Shown here piece by piece: positions 11,666-24,503 of a stretch of DNA of 64,000 bases. Under the pieces are notes generated by a model that saw only the letters and a list, made by a program, of their open reading frames with translations, did no database searches and was not told the DNA's origin. Each line of letters begins with the position of its first letter. The stretch's first letter is position 1. The DNA lies in the NCBI GenBank assembly GCA_047495785.1, contig JBLDXI010000036.1, positions 558,001-622,000 on the forward strand, given 5' to 3'. A program made the position numbers and the translations under genes. This stretch comes from Lepidodermella squamata (taxonomy: Eukaryota > Animalia > Gastrotricha).

Positions 11666-14600
11666 ATGCGTCTCTACGTAGCATTTGCAATCGCTTTCGT
11701 TGGGCTGGCATCCGGACTGGTTGTTGCTCGAGATGATATTGATACTGTGGGTAAGTAACAGTTTAAAACATTGCAGCTAGCTTTCAACCACTTTATGAAT
11801 GTGGGCTGTTAAGACTGCGGTACTGTTCCCACAATCCGAAACGGCAACGTATCTCCTGGTCTATCGAGCTTCGGAGCCACTCGAACCATATCATGCAACG
11901 AAAACTTCGAAATGCAAGGAAATGCTGCCATATCGTGCCTATCGTACTCAACCTGGTCCCAGCCTGGTTCTTGCGTCTTCAGACAGTCACCATCTGTAAG
12001 TTGTTGCCACATATTCGCATCGATGTCTGCTTCTAATGTTTTCATTGGGTTTTCTGGCAAGCATAAAATTCCCCTTCAACCCTTCAACCCTTTCACGGAG
12101 GGAAGGACAATTTATTTAATTCACACTTTTTAGGAATTCACACTTTAATTACACTTCCGCCATGGTCTCATTGACCTCTGTTAAAAAATTTCGAGTTTGA
12201 AATAAAAATGACGATGCTATTAAAAATTGAAATTCAATCGAACCGGCCGAATTCGTCCTATCCGCTATCCCAGACTTAAGCTAAAGGCACCTGACACTGA
12301 AATTAGGGTGCTCGAAAAATCGCCTCAAATCAGCTTGGCGGATAACACCAGTTTCCGGCCAGTTTTTGCACCGCCTTAACAGTGATAGATTATAACAAAC
12401 AAATTTCAAAATCGTGATCAGGGCCTTCGAAAACCCCTAGAAATGCTGTCAAATATTTTTTCCGCAAATAAATAATTCCGCCATGAAAGGCTTAAGTTGT
12501 GAGGTTCTTGAAATGTCGCAGTTTTTTTTTATTTACATAATCTTCGGGTGCGTACTGATGATTATAACGGTATCCCTAGTTCGTTCATATAGCATTTGAA
12601 AAGGTCAATATCAACAATTTCCGGAAAGCAGGTTTTCGGTATTCCGTTCCATAGTTGTATTATTTTCTCGACTCTCTCGTAGGGCTTGATGTTTCGCTGC
12701 TGGTTTGAGGGTTTCGCTAAGCAGATTTGATGGTGGTGTTTTGCTGCCGATGCCCTGGTACCGGTTTTCCTCACAAAGATGCGTCTGAATTTTGATCTGA
12801 CTTGCTTCGTTCCGCGACCCGCCACGGTTATCTTGTAGACGTAGGTCATTACTCCTACATACCGTCGTCTACCCAGTGTTTGTAAGCTCGCTCCTGTGAT
12901 GTTGCAAAATCTCGTCTGGACGGCATCGAGTTTTTCCAGTGTTGAAGGGGCGGCCGCGAACGAATAGGGGACCATGCCAAACTCGATGAATGGCAACACA
13001 TAGGTTTTGTATGCATTTTCGAGCTGTCATAGGGACATGAAGGGTCGTAGATCGTAGACGCAGGAGCTGCGTTATCGCCGTGTTTGCTCTTCCGATTTTT
13101 GCTTGATGCAGGATTCCATCGACAGCTTCGAGTCTAAGACTAGTCCAAGGAGTGTCGTCGTTTCGATGTTGACTTGATCATCCTCATGGTGCGTTTCTTC
13201 CTCAGCATTTGCTTTCCTGCCTTTTGCGGGCGCCACTGTTGAAGCGTGGGTATGAGAATTTCGTATCTACGCGCTTTTTGGGTCCATCGATACGCGGTGT
13301 GACTGAGCCCATCGTGCTGCACTCGCTTCAGCCATATCGACGTCTCTTAGTGATGCACTGCCAAAATTAAAATCGTCCGCAGAGGTATATGGCTCCGGTG
13401 GCCGGTAACCCAATTCCCTACTGGAGCGCGTGACTGATCGGCAGTTCTAAACCACATTAGATTTGGCGAGGCGGAGATCATTTAGACTGGCTGATTGTGT
13501 AGTGAACGCGTGGTAGTGCTTAGTGTGTGACCTCCCAGTGTAATATCAGGAGATATATCTATGCTTTTCAATCAGATTCGCGCAGCATACGGGAGGCTGT
13601 GGAATGCAACATCAGAGGCGGAAGACGTGGACCTGGTGAGACAACTGATTGCGGAGATCGACAATGCCACTGGCGGCAACTTCAACCCGAACTGGCGCAA
13701 TCCAGAGCTGTTCATCTGCAATTCTCTATTACGGGATATGACGAATGCTCCCCTGCTTCACAGTGTCATGTGTGCTAATAGTATGCAATCAGACCAGCAA
13801 GTGCAAATAGCGCAACTGTTGATCGGGGATCAAGGTGCTGATGTGAATTCCAAGGAGGATTCATACGGTTGGACGGCGTTGATAATTGCGGCTAGCGATG
13901 GGCGCGTCGACCTAGTTAGATTATTGCTGGATCGCAAAGCTTCAATCGAAGCTGGGGATGACAATGACGAGACGGCGTTGATGAATGCGGCTGAGTATGG
14001 GCACACCGAAGTTGTTCGACTGCTGTTGGATCGCAATGCTTCAATCGAAGCTGCGGATATGTGCGGATATGGCCGGACGGCTTTGATGTTCTCGGTTCTA
14101 AATGAGCACACCGAAGTAGTTCGACTGCTGCTGGATCGCAACGCTACAATCGATACTGAGGATAACTATGGCAAGACGGCTTTGATGCATGCGGCCATTT
14201 GGGGGCGTGTCGAGGCAATTCGGCTGCTGTTGGATCGCAATGCTAACATCGAGGCAAAAGATAACTATAATGTGACGGCGTTGATGCTTGTCGGCTGAGT
14301 ATGGTCACACCGAAGTAGTTCGACTGCTGCTTGATCGCAATGCTTCAATTGAAGCTGAGGATGACGCTGGCCAGACGGCTTTGATGAGTGCGGCCATTTG
14401 GGGGCGTGCGGCCATTTTGGGGCGTATCGAGGCGATGCGGCTGCTGTTGGATCGCATTGCTAACATCGAGGCGAAAGATCACTATAACATGACGGCGTTG
14501 ATGCGTGCGGCTGATTTTGCGCGTGTCGAGGCAGTTAGACTGCTGCTTGATCGCCATGCTGACATTGAGCTCAAGAGTAGCACTGTCATGATTCGTGCGA

Positions 14601-15172
14601 CTGGTTTTACGAGTAACATGATGTCTCGAACGATGCTTGATTTCTTCGATCTGATGATAAGGAAACGGGAAGACAATTGCTCGACCGCGTTGATTGATGT
14701 GGTAAGAAGAGAGCAGGTCGAAGTAGTTCGACTGCTGCTGGATCGCAATGCCGACATTGAGGCCAAGAGTAGCAGTGGCATGACGGCGTTGATGTGGGCG
14801 GCTGGTTATGGGAGTGGAATTAATGTTCCAGCGATGGCGGATCGCAACAATTCTATAGAGACACAGGAAAGCAATTGCTCGACCGCGTTGATTGATGCGG
14901 CAAGAAGAAAGCAGGTCGAAGTAGTTCGACTGCTTCTGGATCGCAATGCCGACATCAATGCTAAGGATGAGGATGGCTGGACGGCGTTGCTGTGGGCGAC
15001 TGAGGAAGAACAACTAGATGTAGTTGGACTGTTGCTGGATAGAGGTGCAAAAACGGATGTCAGAACTTCAAGTGGCGTGACAGCGCTTGATTTGGCGATT
15101 TGCAAAAAGAATGCTGCTGTGGCCAATCTGCTGAGGTCGCGAGGAGCAAGTCGAGCGACATCGTCCTGCTGA
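11666..15172 (+). pseudogene. Sushi/CCP-ankyrin gene copy 2 (exons 11666-11750, 11814-11995, 13576-15172) with a 1-nt insertion near 14291
   Basis: Same exon structure and splice phases as copy 1. CTTGTCGGCTGAG would read CTT GCG GCT GAG without one extra T. Confidence 0.8.
12524..13440 (-). mobile_element. Deleted/truncated LINE insertion in intron 2 of copy 2
   Basis: ORF2 C-terminal remnant (12562-12999), poly-A-like tail, TSD GCAGTT; empty site near 21157 in copy 3. Confidence 0.75.
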
Positions 15173-18100
15173 CAAGACCCAAAGAGTTGGACGGCGTTCA
15201 GTAGGAACTAAGATGGATAATGTGATTATCTGTATACTTGCAGTGAAAGTTGTCTAAACCGGGCTCGGATCGCAAAATGGCCCATTTCAGACGAAGTCCG
15301 CACTATTTATACTATATGCATAAATATTTTCAATTGCCACACTTGTTACCTGAGCAGCCATTTGCGATTTCTGAATATAACATTCACGATAGAAAACTGT
15401 GGTTAGCAATATTTACTCAAGCAATCGGGGGATTTTATATTATCCGAACAATATAAATAAATATGTGGTAGAAAATAAATGTTCGTGAGCTGTAAAATAA
15501 CTTTAAACCTAACAGCAGCACAATGAACAAATGAATCGCAGGGAATCAATGAATCATGAATGACTCGTACGACTCGTAGACTGAAATCACGAGGATTTAT
15601 CAACCCTTTTTAACCTTGTTAGGCCAGTGCTATATACAGTGTGTCCGCGAAATAATACGCAAAACTACTTTTAGACTTGTAAGGCTAGTCGCAGAAATTG
15701 CTCAAGGCGCGTGACTCTTTAGGCTAGTTTTCAAATGAAGCGAGTCTCACACGTGCCACTATGAAAAAAGAAAGATATGTTTTTTTATGAATGCACACAC
15801 AAGAAAATAAGAATTTAGATGATCAAATTATTTTTTCCAAACTATTATCGAGGGTGTTAACCAGAACTACTGTCAAAATGTTTCATTTCCTTGATGTGTC
15901 CAGTTTTCAAATGTCCTGTTTTTGACGACATTCGAATTAATTTTCATATCAAAAATAAGGAGAAACAACAGTAATGAGAAGCAGCCCGAGCGCCGAGATG
16001 AATGGAATTAAATTGAAATTGGAATTAAGCTTTTTGTGAAAAGCTTACGGAGTGCCACGGTCACCTTCAACAAAAAGCAAAAAGCAACTACATATGCTAT
16101 ACACGGGGAATCATTACCTCTCACTGTGCCGCTGATCGAGCTGGTATGTTCTCCGTTTTCGTCTACGGTGATCTCCTACGAGACTATAACGATTGATTTC
16201 AGATTTCAGATGACATTTCTTTTCTGTTAAATTAAATAAACTTTCACTTTGTAATACAGTTCTGGTGACATTTAAGTATTTAAACGTACTAAGTATTCGA
16301 TGCTGAACATTTTAAAATTAAAATTATCATTAAAATCGTACAAAAAAAAAGAATCAGCCAATAGAAGCTTAATTTACTGCCGAAAAAAGTCTTTGCTGCC
16401 AAAAAGTACTTTCTGCCGAAAAGAGATCTTTGCTGCCGAAAAAAGCATGGTCCTATTCAAAAGACCAACCCTTCGATTAACATTATGATGAAAAAGCTAG
16501 AAAATGAGAAGAATCTAGCTAGACTGCTCAAATCTAAAGTTAAGGAAAATTAATCATTTTTTATCTATATATCGATGTTACTATTCACTTTAACAAAGCT
16601 TTGTTGGCTTTTTTGGTTTTTACGGGTTCTGTACCGATCCACGTCGCTGTCACACTTTTCACTGAAATCAAAACTGTGGCTAGGCTACCAAAAATATATA
16701 TTTTCTTAAAGCTTAGGACTTAACCTATCAAAAAATGAAAAGAGTTTGGTTCATATCGCCCATTTGACATGGATTACAGTGTCTGATCAGTGTCAAAAGC
16801 CATAAAATACATTCATTACCATCATTGCCATAGAATTGGAATACGACGACGAAGAAGACGCAAAAAATAGAAGCAACCATTCACGTGGACAAGTGCGAGC
16901 TAAAAATAGGTCGGCAAATGAATTTAGTGCCGTGGCAATTTCTAATGGGAAAAAGCGTAGCAGTTATAAAACAAAGAAAATAGAACAAAGAAAACAAAGA
17001 ACCACTAAAATCATTCTTAGGATATCCAAGTGTTGTTGCAAATCCTTATCTATCATTTCTCTACCAAGAAAAACCATAAAAATAAGTATAAAATACCCAG
17101 GAACGGCATTTTCTGGTTTTTGGCTATTTTTATTGTCTTTTTAGCCGTCCGAAGGTGTAAGGTAGTTTTGAATAATTTTTTGAAGACCAGGTCGCATATT
17201 CCGGGAAAGTGTTTGCTCTTAATCAATCGTTATGACCTCTAATCATTATAAAAATTCCTATTAGTGCCGGCTAAACCAATTAAGGGAGGTTTCCAGGAAT
17301 TTTAGTGGTACCTATTTTTTTCTCTGTCGGTGACACTCATTTTTGCAGGTCATCATTTGGCAGTGACCGCTCGATCAGGAAATGAATAATTTTTAATTTC
17401 TAACAAGCATAGCCTTTCTTCTGATATCTTATTTGGACCATAATGTCTGATATCTGATTAAGGAAATTCATTAGAAAATTTTGTTATAAACACGTTGGAC
17501 AACGATTCTCTGTCGGTGACGACCCACTTTACCCCACCCAGTTTGTAATTGGCGATGGATTCATACTTAGAATCGCCTTAGAAATGAAGTATAGCAGGAG
17601 ACTGTTCGATTAAAGTTATTTTTATTGAGGTGAACTTTTCGAAGACATTGGAACGTTTCGAACTTGAAATTTTTTTACGAATCTCTGTCGGTGACGCGTG
17701 GATCCGTCCTTCTCTGGTTTATTTTTAGCCTTGATAATTCGTCGGCTTTATTGATGAGTTTGATAATAAACTACCGTGGTGGTCTCAAATTGGCTTCTTC
17801 ATTATTTGGAAATCTCACGGTCAAACAACCGATGGTATTAACCATCAACGAAGTTGTGTTTTCTGCTCTTGAATTTGTATTTAAAATTCTTTTTAAATAA
17901 TTTGTAACCAATGCTATATTTCATGCATTATTCGGAGGAGCTAAAATTTACATTTCAAATTTCTTATATAAATAGGTAAACAAAGGCATTTTTTTATTTA
18001 TGTATAATATTCAGCCCCCTTTCGGGTGGTGTCAAAAGGTAAGGCCTAGAACATTTATAGAATGTTTGAACGATTCAGGGTCTGTTGCCCACGGGAAGAC

Positions 18101-19036
18101 GGATTTAGGTAGCTGGTTCCACTTTTGTATTATCGCTGCCATGCGCAAGAACGGGTCGATGTCGCGGACCGAGCTCGGCGTGTTGAGTCTGATTTAATAG
18201 CTGTGTTCGCGTTCAGCGTTCCGCAGTCTGCCTGGTCTTCGTGCCACTCTAACAAACCTCGCCCTGATTTGCTGAGTACCACGTCGAGCTACAATTATTT
18301 TATATAGGTAGCACATCACGCCGACGAATCGGCGTTTAGCAAGAGGCTGAAGTGTCACCCCTGTTGCTCTGACAAATCGGTCTTGAACTTGGTCGAGCAT
18401 TTTTCCGAGCAATATCCGTACTCCCGTATCCCCGCTACTTATCACACTGGTCTCGCGTGTCATTGCAAGATATTTCTGCAAATGTCATAGAAAGCATCGT
18501 TCCACCTAATCGGAACCAGAGTTTGATAGTTCGACTCCAGCAATCATCACTTATTTTTTTTATAATTTCTCAGTTGCTTCGATCTTTTGGAAGTTTTTCA
18601 TAGTTACGAAATGCGGAAATGCCGATATGACGAGACTGCCACACTTGCATAGACTTGGAAGCGTAGTGTTCACGCTTTGATCACGTGGGCACCTTTGACC
18701 TGCAAAACAGTAGTATAATACTACCCTACATCAAAGGAGCGGTTGTTTTCCTCCTCTTCGCAATAATTGCCACCGTCAAGACACTGAAACGACTGATCCT
18801 CCTTGCTATTTCATAACCGGATGTCCTCAATCTATGAGTGGGCATTTTCAACAAAGGATCTGAATAAGATATTACCCACGCATTGCATTAATATTACAAT
18901 AGGAGCAGAGACATGAGTTGAAACCTAATATACGAAAAGTACTTGAACGAAAAAAAACAACACGTAGCACGTAAATGCGCACACGGGCAAGAGGAAATTC
19001 TTTTTTGGAAACTCAGTTTATTGTTTAATTTTTAAA

Positions 19037-21998
19037 ATGCGTCTCTACATAGCAATTGTGATCGCTTTCCTTGGGCTGGCATCCGGACTGGTTGTTGCTC
19101 AAGATGATATTAATACTGAGAGTAAGTAACAGTTTTAAACATAGTCCATTTTAATCACTTTTTGAATGTGGGCTGTTAAGGCTGCGGTACTGTTCCCACA
19201 ATCCGAAACGGCAACGTATCTCCTGGTCTATCGAGCTTCGGAGCCACTCGAACCATATCATGCAACGAAAACTTCGAAATTCAAGGAAATGCTACCATAT
19301 CGTGCCTGTCGTACTCAACCTGGTCCCAGCCTGGTTCTTGCGTTTTCAGGGAGTCACCATCGGTAGGTTGCTGCATCATATTCACATCGTCTGCTTCTAA
19401 TGTTTGAACCCTTTCACGGCGGAATTTGTTTTCAGCCAAGCACACAAATTGAATTTTTGAATTTGCAGGCAAATGAAGAAACTAGTCAGAAAATCGATAT
19501 GCCAACCTAGGTTTTTAAGCGCATAGTTCGCCTCAGTTTCCTCAAGTTTTCGGGCAAGGAAAACATTCCCCTTTAACCCTTTCACGGCGGGAAGGACGTG
19601 TTCGGAATTTCGACTTTGAACATTCACAGAACATCGAATTTGATTACCGTCATTTGGGTTAAAATGAAGCTTTGGGGCTAATTGCCCAAAAATTGAGATT
19701 TTCACATGTTTATCGATGGCTCTAAAACTACAAGGTCAACATTTCGCGGGTACAATTATCAACAAGCCTTTTACAAGCCTGCAAATTGTTTTCCATGTAT
19801 GCCCCGAAATGAGGTCACAGCATGTTATTGTATAAAGGTGAGTTTAGGGAGGTAAAAATGACCTCTTTTAATTGAATTACCTGGAGCCAATCACGAGGTT
19901 TCATTTTAAGTTGATATTTTTCCCTTCGACCATCTTCGTTGTGAATGACAACAAAAAAAACCGCGACCCCAGGCGATTCACAGGTATGGCTAGGTGATTG
20001 TGGCCAAATTACCCCATGGAAAACTCAATGATGGGGGCTAATTGGCCACCCTTATCCTTATAATGCAGTGCTCCGCAAACTCGGTTTTTCCGGCCGCTTG
20101 CTGCCGGCAAGGCACTTCTTCGCGGCCGGGAAGCTTTTCTCGAATGATGGCTGGAATGCGGCCGGTAACCCCGTTTCCTCCGATAATGACGCTAAATCAG
20201 CCTATATTATACTATTTTCAGCCCAAATTCCTGTAAAATACCGTTAGCTAAGCTCTCTTCGCTCGCATCTATTATTAACCGCTGGTTTGCTGGGACCAAT
20301 GCGGCAATTTTGAACATTTTTCCTCATCTTTGTTTATGTAGGAAACAAGAAGGCCATAAAAATGTATGTGAATGAAAGTTAAGAGCTCTGCGGGGTTATT
20401 TGACGAGTGTCACAACTTTTGCCCATTAAAGTTTTACCGCGTAGGATTGCTTGCTAGGAAGTACCGCTGAAAGAATCGCTTTTGTTGACTCAAGTTGTGG
20501 GGAATCATTCGGCTTAGGTAGTTGAAGTTTGTTTTTAAGGCCTGTGGAATTGGTATGAATATTCCAATTTCCTGTGGAATTTATAAAAACTCCTGTTCAA
20601 ACCCGCCCCGTCTCGGCAAGAAATAGAACTTCGAGAAAGGAAGTTTTTCAAGATAACATTTGCTTGAAGGTAAAAGATAATTTGCGGCCGATGAATGATC
20701 ATTCCCAATGTTGGTACGGCCGGAGAAGGCTCAGATTGTATCTGCGGCCGAAACTAAGACTTTTCGGCCGCCAAAAATGCCGGCGGTGAAAAAAGTTTGC
20801 GGAGCACTGTTATAATGGGTTTTCAATATTTAGTCATTGTGAGGGTTGAATGGTCGAGTGGTTGTGATGCGTTATCCGAACTTGTGTGATCTGATGAGCG
20901 ACGGTTCAATTCCTCATAAAGTAGCATTTTTTGCGTCGCTTCTAATTTTTTATATTTTTGTTGTTGATTTTCCATTTTACTGTTCAGTAAATTTTGAAAC
21001 GTCCCCCGAATAAAAACTGCCTCGGATACCTGATAATAATTAAACATAATTCGCTCATCAGATCACTCAAGTTTTGATGACACATCATTACAACCACTCA
21101 CAATCACTAGTTTCTTTGAGTAAATGTTGTTTATGTCGTGAGATTTTTGAAAAGTCGCAGTTCTAATCCACATTATACTTGGCGAGGCGGTGGTAAGATC
21201 ATTTAGACTGGCTGGTTGTGTAGTAAACGCGTGGTAGTGCTTAAAACGTTTGGTAATATCAAATGTGTAACCTCTATTTCTATGCTTTTCATTCAGATTC
21301 GCGCAGCATACGGGAGGCTGTGGAATGCAACAGCCGAGGCGGTAGACGTGGCGCTGGTGAGACAACTAATTGCGGAGATCGACCATGCCACTGGCGGCAA
21401 CTTCAACCCGAACTGGCGCAACCCAAAGCTGTTTCTCTGCAGTTCTTGGGAAGAACATTCTCCTTACCGGGCTATGTGGGACACTCCCATGCTTCACAGT
21501 GTCACGTGTGCTATTGGGACGCAATCAGACAAGCGAGTGCAAATAGCGGAACTGTTGATCGAGGATCAAGGTGCTGATGTGAATTCCAAGGAGGCTCCAT
21601 TCGGTCGGACGGCGTTGATGATTGCGGCTAGGGCAGGGAGTGTCGAACTAGTTAGACTGTTGCTTGATCACAACGCTTCAATCGAAGCTGAGGATAACAA
21701 TGGGCAGATGGCTTTGATGCTTGCGGCTATTTGGGGGCGTGTCGAGGCAGTTCGATTGCTGCTTGATCGCAATGCTGATATCAATGCTAAGACTAAGAAT
21801 GGCTGGACGGCGTTGCTGTGGGCGACTGAGCAAGGACGACTAGACGTTGTTGGACTGTTGCTAGATAGAGGTGCAAAAACGGATGTCAGAACTTCAACTG
21901 GCGTGACAGCGCTCGATATGGCGATTTGCAAAAACAAAGCCGCAGTGGCCGATCTGCTGAAGTCGGGGGGAGCAAGTCGAGCTAGGTCATCGTGCTGA
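19037..21998 (+). CDS. Secreted Sushi/CCP-ankyrin protein copy 3 (exons 19037-19121, 19181-19362, 21297-21998; 322 aa, ~5 ankyrin repeats)
   Basis: Conserved signal-peptide exon, Sushi exon and splice phases; shortened ankyrin array. Confidence 0.85.
20066..20809. mobile_element. hAT-type MITE
   Basis: TIR CAGTGCTCCGCAAACT; perfect 8-bp TSD TTATAATG. Confidence 0.9.
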
Positions 21999-24503
21999 CA
22001 AGACCCAAAGAGTTGGACGGCGTTCAGTAGGAACTAAGATGGATAATCTGATTATCTGTATACTTTCCGAAATTTCTCTATGTTATCTTCTTTTATCTCG
22101 AAGGGATGACCACAGTTTTCAATAAAGCTGAATCCTTTAAGCATAATAATAAAAACATCTCATAAGATTTGCAAACAATGTGAGCAAATTTCATGGGATT
22201 GTTTAGCTTCGATTTAATGCTTTATTTGTAGGTCTCAGGAAAATTGAACGGCGGAAAATTACAAGTAGGTATATCTGGGACATGTCCCAAGGTGAGAAGC
22301 GAGCGAATGGGAGTATGCAGTGAAAGTTGGATCACTGCATACGGATGCTCGGATCGCGTTTTGTAGGATTCATCTTAACCTTTTTTATTACTCTCTCATC
22401 TCATTTTAACCTCATCAACTAAATCACATTAAAATCACCGGTTCGACCATGTAGCTTCAAGTGGATCGCTCGACCCTCATCGGCCGGTTGAATGTGATCG
22501 AGGAAACTGGGCAACGAAGACGGCGAAAACCGCTTCCACCCTTGGTCCATGTCTTCAGTCCCTGAAATGTATATCGGTACGATGAAAATATCCGCAGCTT
22601 GAAAGAAACAGGATCCGGTCGCCTGGGTCGGTAGTACTTCGCCAGGGTCCTGGAGATGCTCTCAGGACTCGTTCATCGAATGCGCTGTGGGCCTCGACTA
22701 AATCACAACCAAGCATTTGAACAACCTTGAACGGCCTTGGAATACCAACGGCTTTTTTGTCCTACCTTGCTGCAACTCGCCTCGGCCTCACGATTCGGCC
22801 GACTCACCTTCAAGGTTCAAGGTCGAGCCTCCCGCTCCGGACCCGTTCCCGTGCCGACCGTCTAGGGTTTTCGCAAATACTAATCGAGCAGCTTATTGCC
22901 ATTCCTTTGCCTGTTCCGGGCGACCCGTTTCCGTGTCTTGTCGAAAGCTTGATGATGGTCGTGTCCTCGAGCCATCGGTCGAGCTAGCCAATGCCGTACT
23001 CATCAATTTGTGAAGCCTATGACGCCTTTCACCGACCCCGCGGCCGATGCTTATTCGAAGCAGCAGTGGGCTGAATTGTCTGAAACTCCAACAAAGAATG
23101 AACTAGTTAATTTTGCCCAAACAACGCGGAATATTCTATACCGTTATCGCGCGTAAGATTGTCATGTTCATTTTAATTTTATATTTTATTCCCCTAGTCA
23201 GCCTGTCATTCTTCGCCAATTTCTCATCTGTGCATTCTGCGCTTAAGAAATGTTTGTTATTTGTTGACTCAGTCGCTCTACCGCCATTGACGCATTGGCT
23301 ATCAAATTCTATTACGAGTGCACTTTATCATCGCATTTTAGCACCCCAGTCATCGGCTTTCTTCGTAGAATGTTGATCGTAAAGGACCGTTCCTCGAGAT
23401 GTCCTGGCAGAGAAACCCCCAAAAACCACAGGATGGAAGACCCTTTGGTCAGATTCGGGGCCGAAAATACCCACACGTACCTCAAGGATCCTACTTCATT
23501 CATCGCACCCGTTCGAAGTGTTGATGAGGACAGCAGACAGCCATGCACCATGTAATGGCTAAGTTTTATCGAAAAGTTCAACACTGCTTACAAAATTCTC
23601 TTCATTTCAAATTTTGAATAACAGTAGAATTTTTCTTTTTTTAACTAAATACTCATGGCAAAACTCGCTCTTATGATCGTTCTTTTGGTGAGATTCTTTG
23701 ATTAGCTACTACAGGCTTTACATATCTTGACTTTATCCAATAGGCCATTTTCGCTGCTTCTCTTGTAACAGCTGGAAGAAACCTCGAGGGGACCGCCTGC
23801 CACATCCCCGGCCTCGACGGTATCCCCGGTGTTTTCAAGGCGAAAGGCGATGGTACATTCAGGTGCATCATATAGTGATGACAAGCTGAATTCGCAAATC
23901 GCAAAAGATGGAAGAATTGCTGCGATGAGTAGAGAGCAGCACGCCTGTGAAATTTATATCTAATTTTATCCTAGAATTCTAGCTGTTTCATTTATTGCGA
24001 AAAAAATAAATAAAGGAGTTGTCAATATACATAATAAAGGTATATCGCTCTTGTAAATGTCGGCGGCAGGGTGTAAAACAACAGCGGAAGTAGGCTCGAC
24101 CATCCCGAGACATTTCGGCTCTTCCGCCAAGTTACGTCAAGGTGAATCGATACTTCGTAGTTTTCGGCTTGGATCTTCACTCGCACCTTGGCCACCTTCC
24201 AACAAGCAAACATTCAACCAGCGTTCATAATTTCCCTGGGTTCACCTTTTCGATACGAGTGAAACCTTTCAGTGAATCAAAGCGTGATTCCGCTTGTTAT
24301 CTTCGCGGGATAGCTTTTATTTTGAAATCGTTTGAAAAATCATAAACTAATGGGGTTCTATCAGCATTTTCCCCTATCCATTCTGGAGCTGTTATCAAGT
24401 TATTCCTTATTCATTGATAATAGGCTCAATTAGGGGTTTTGCCTCTGGTTTATCAAAAGGCAATCGAAGATGTTCAATGTCATTCGTCTCAAAATCGTCA
24501 AAC

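Larger units (their letters stand above)
2715..22065. repeat. Tandem segmental triplication (units ~2715-11400, ~11400-18750, ~18750-22065), each carrying a Sushi-ankyrin gene
   Basis: Upstream region, exons and introns align across all three units. The ORF track shows identical translations at offset 7352 (10312/17664, 10648/18000, 10842/18194). Confidence 0.95.

Noticed and set aside
22400-24300. Coding-like degenerate sequence (GDFN, PRPFKV fragments on the minus strand)
   Set aside because: Possibly decayed LINE pieces, but too broken to call.
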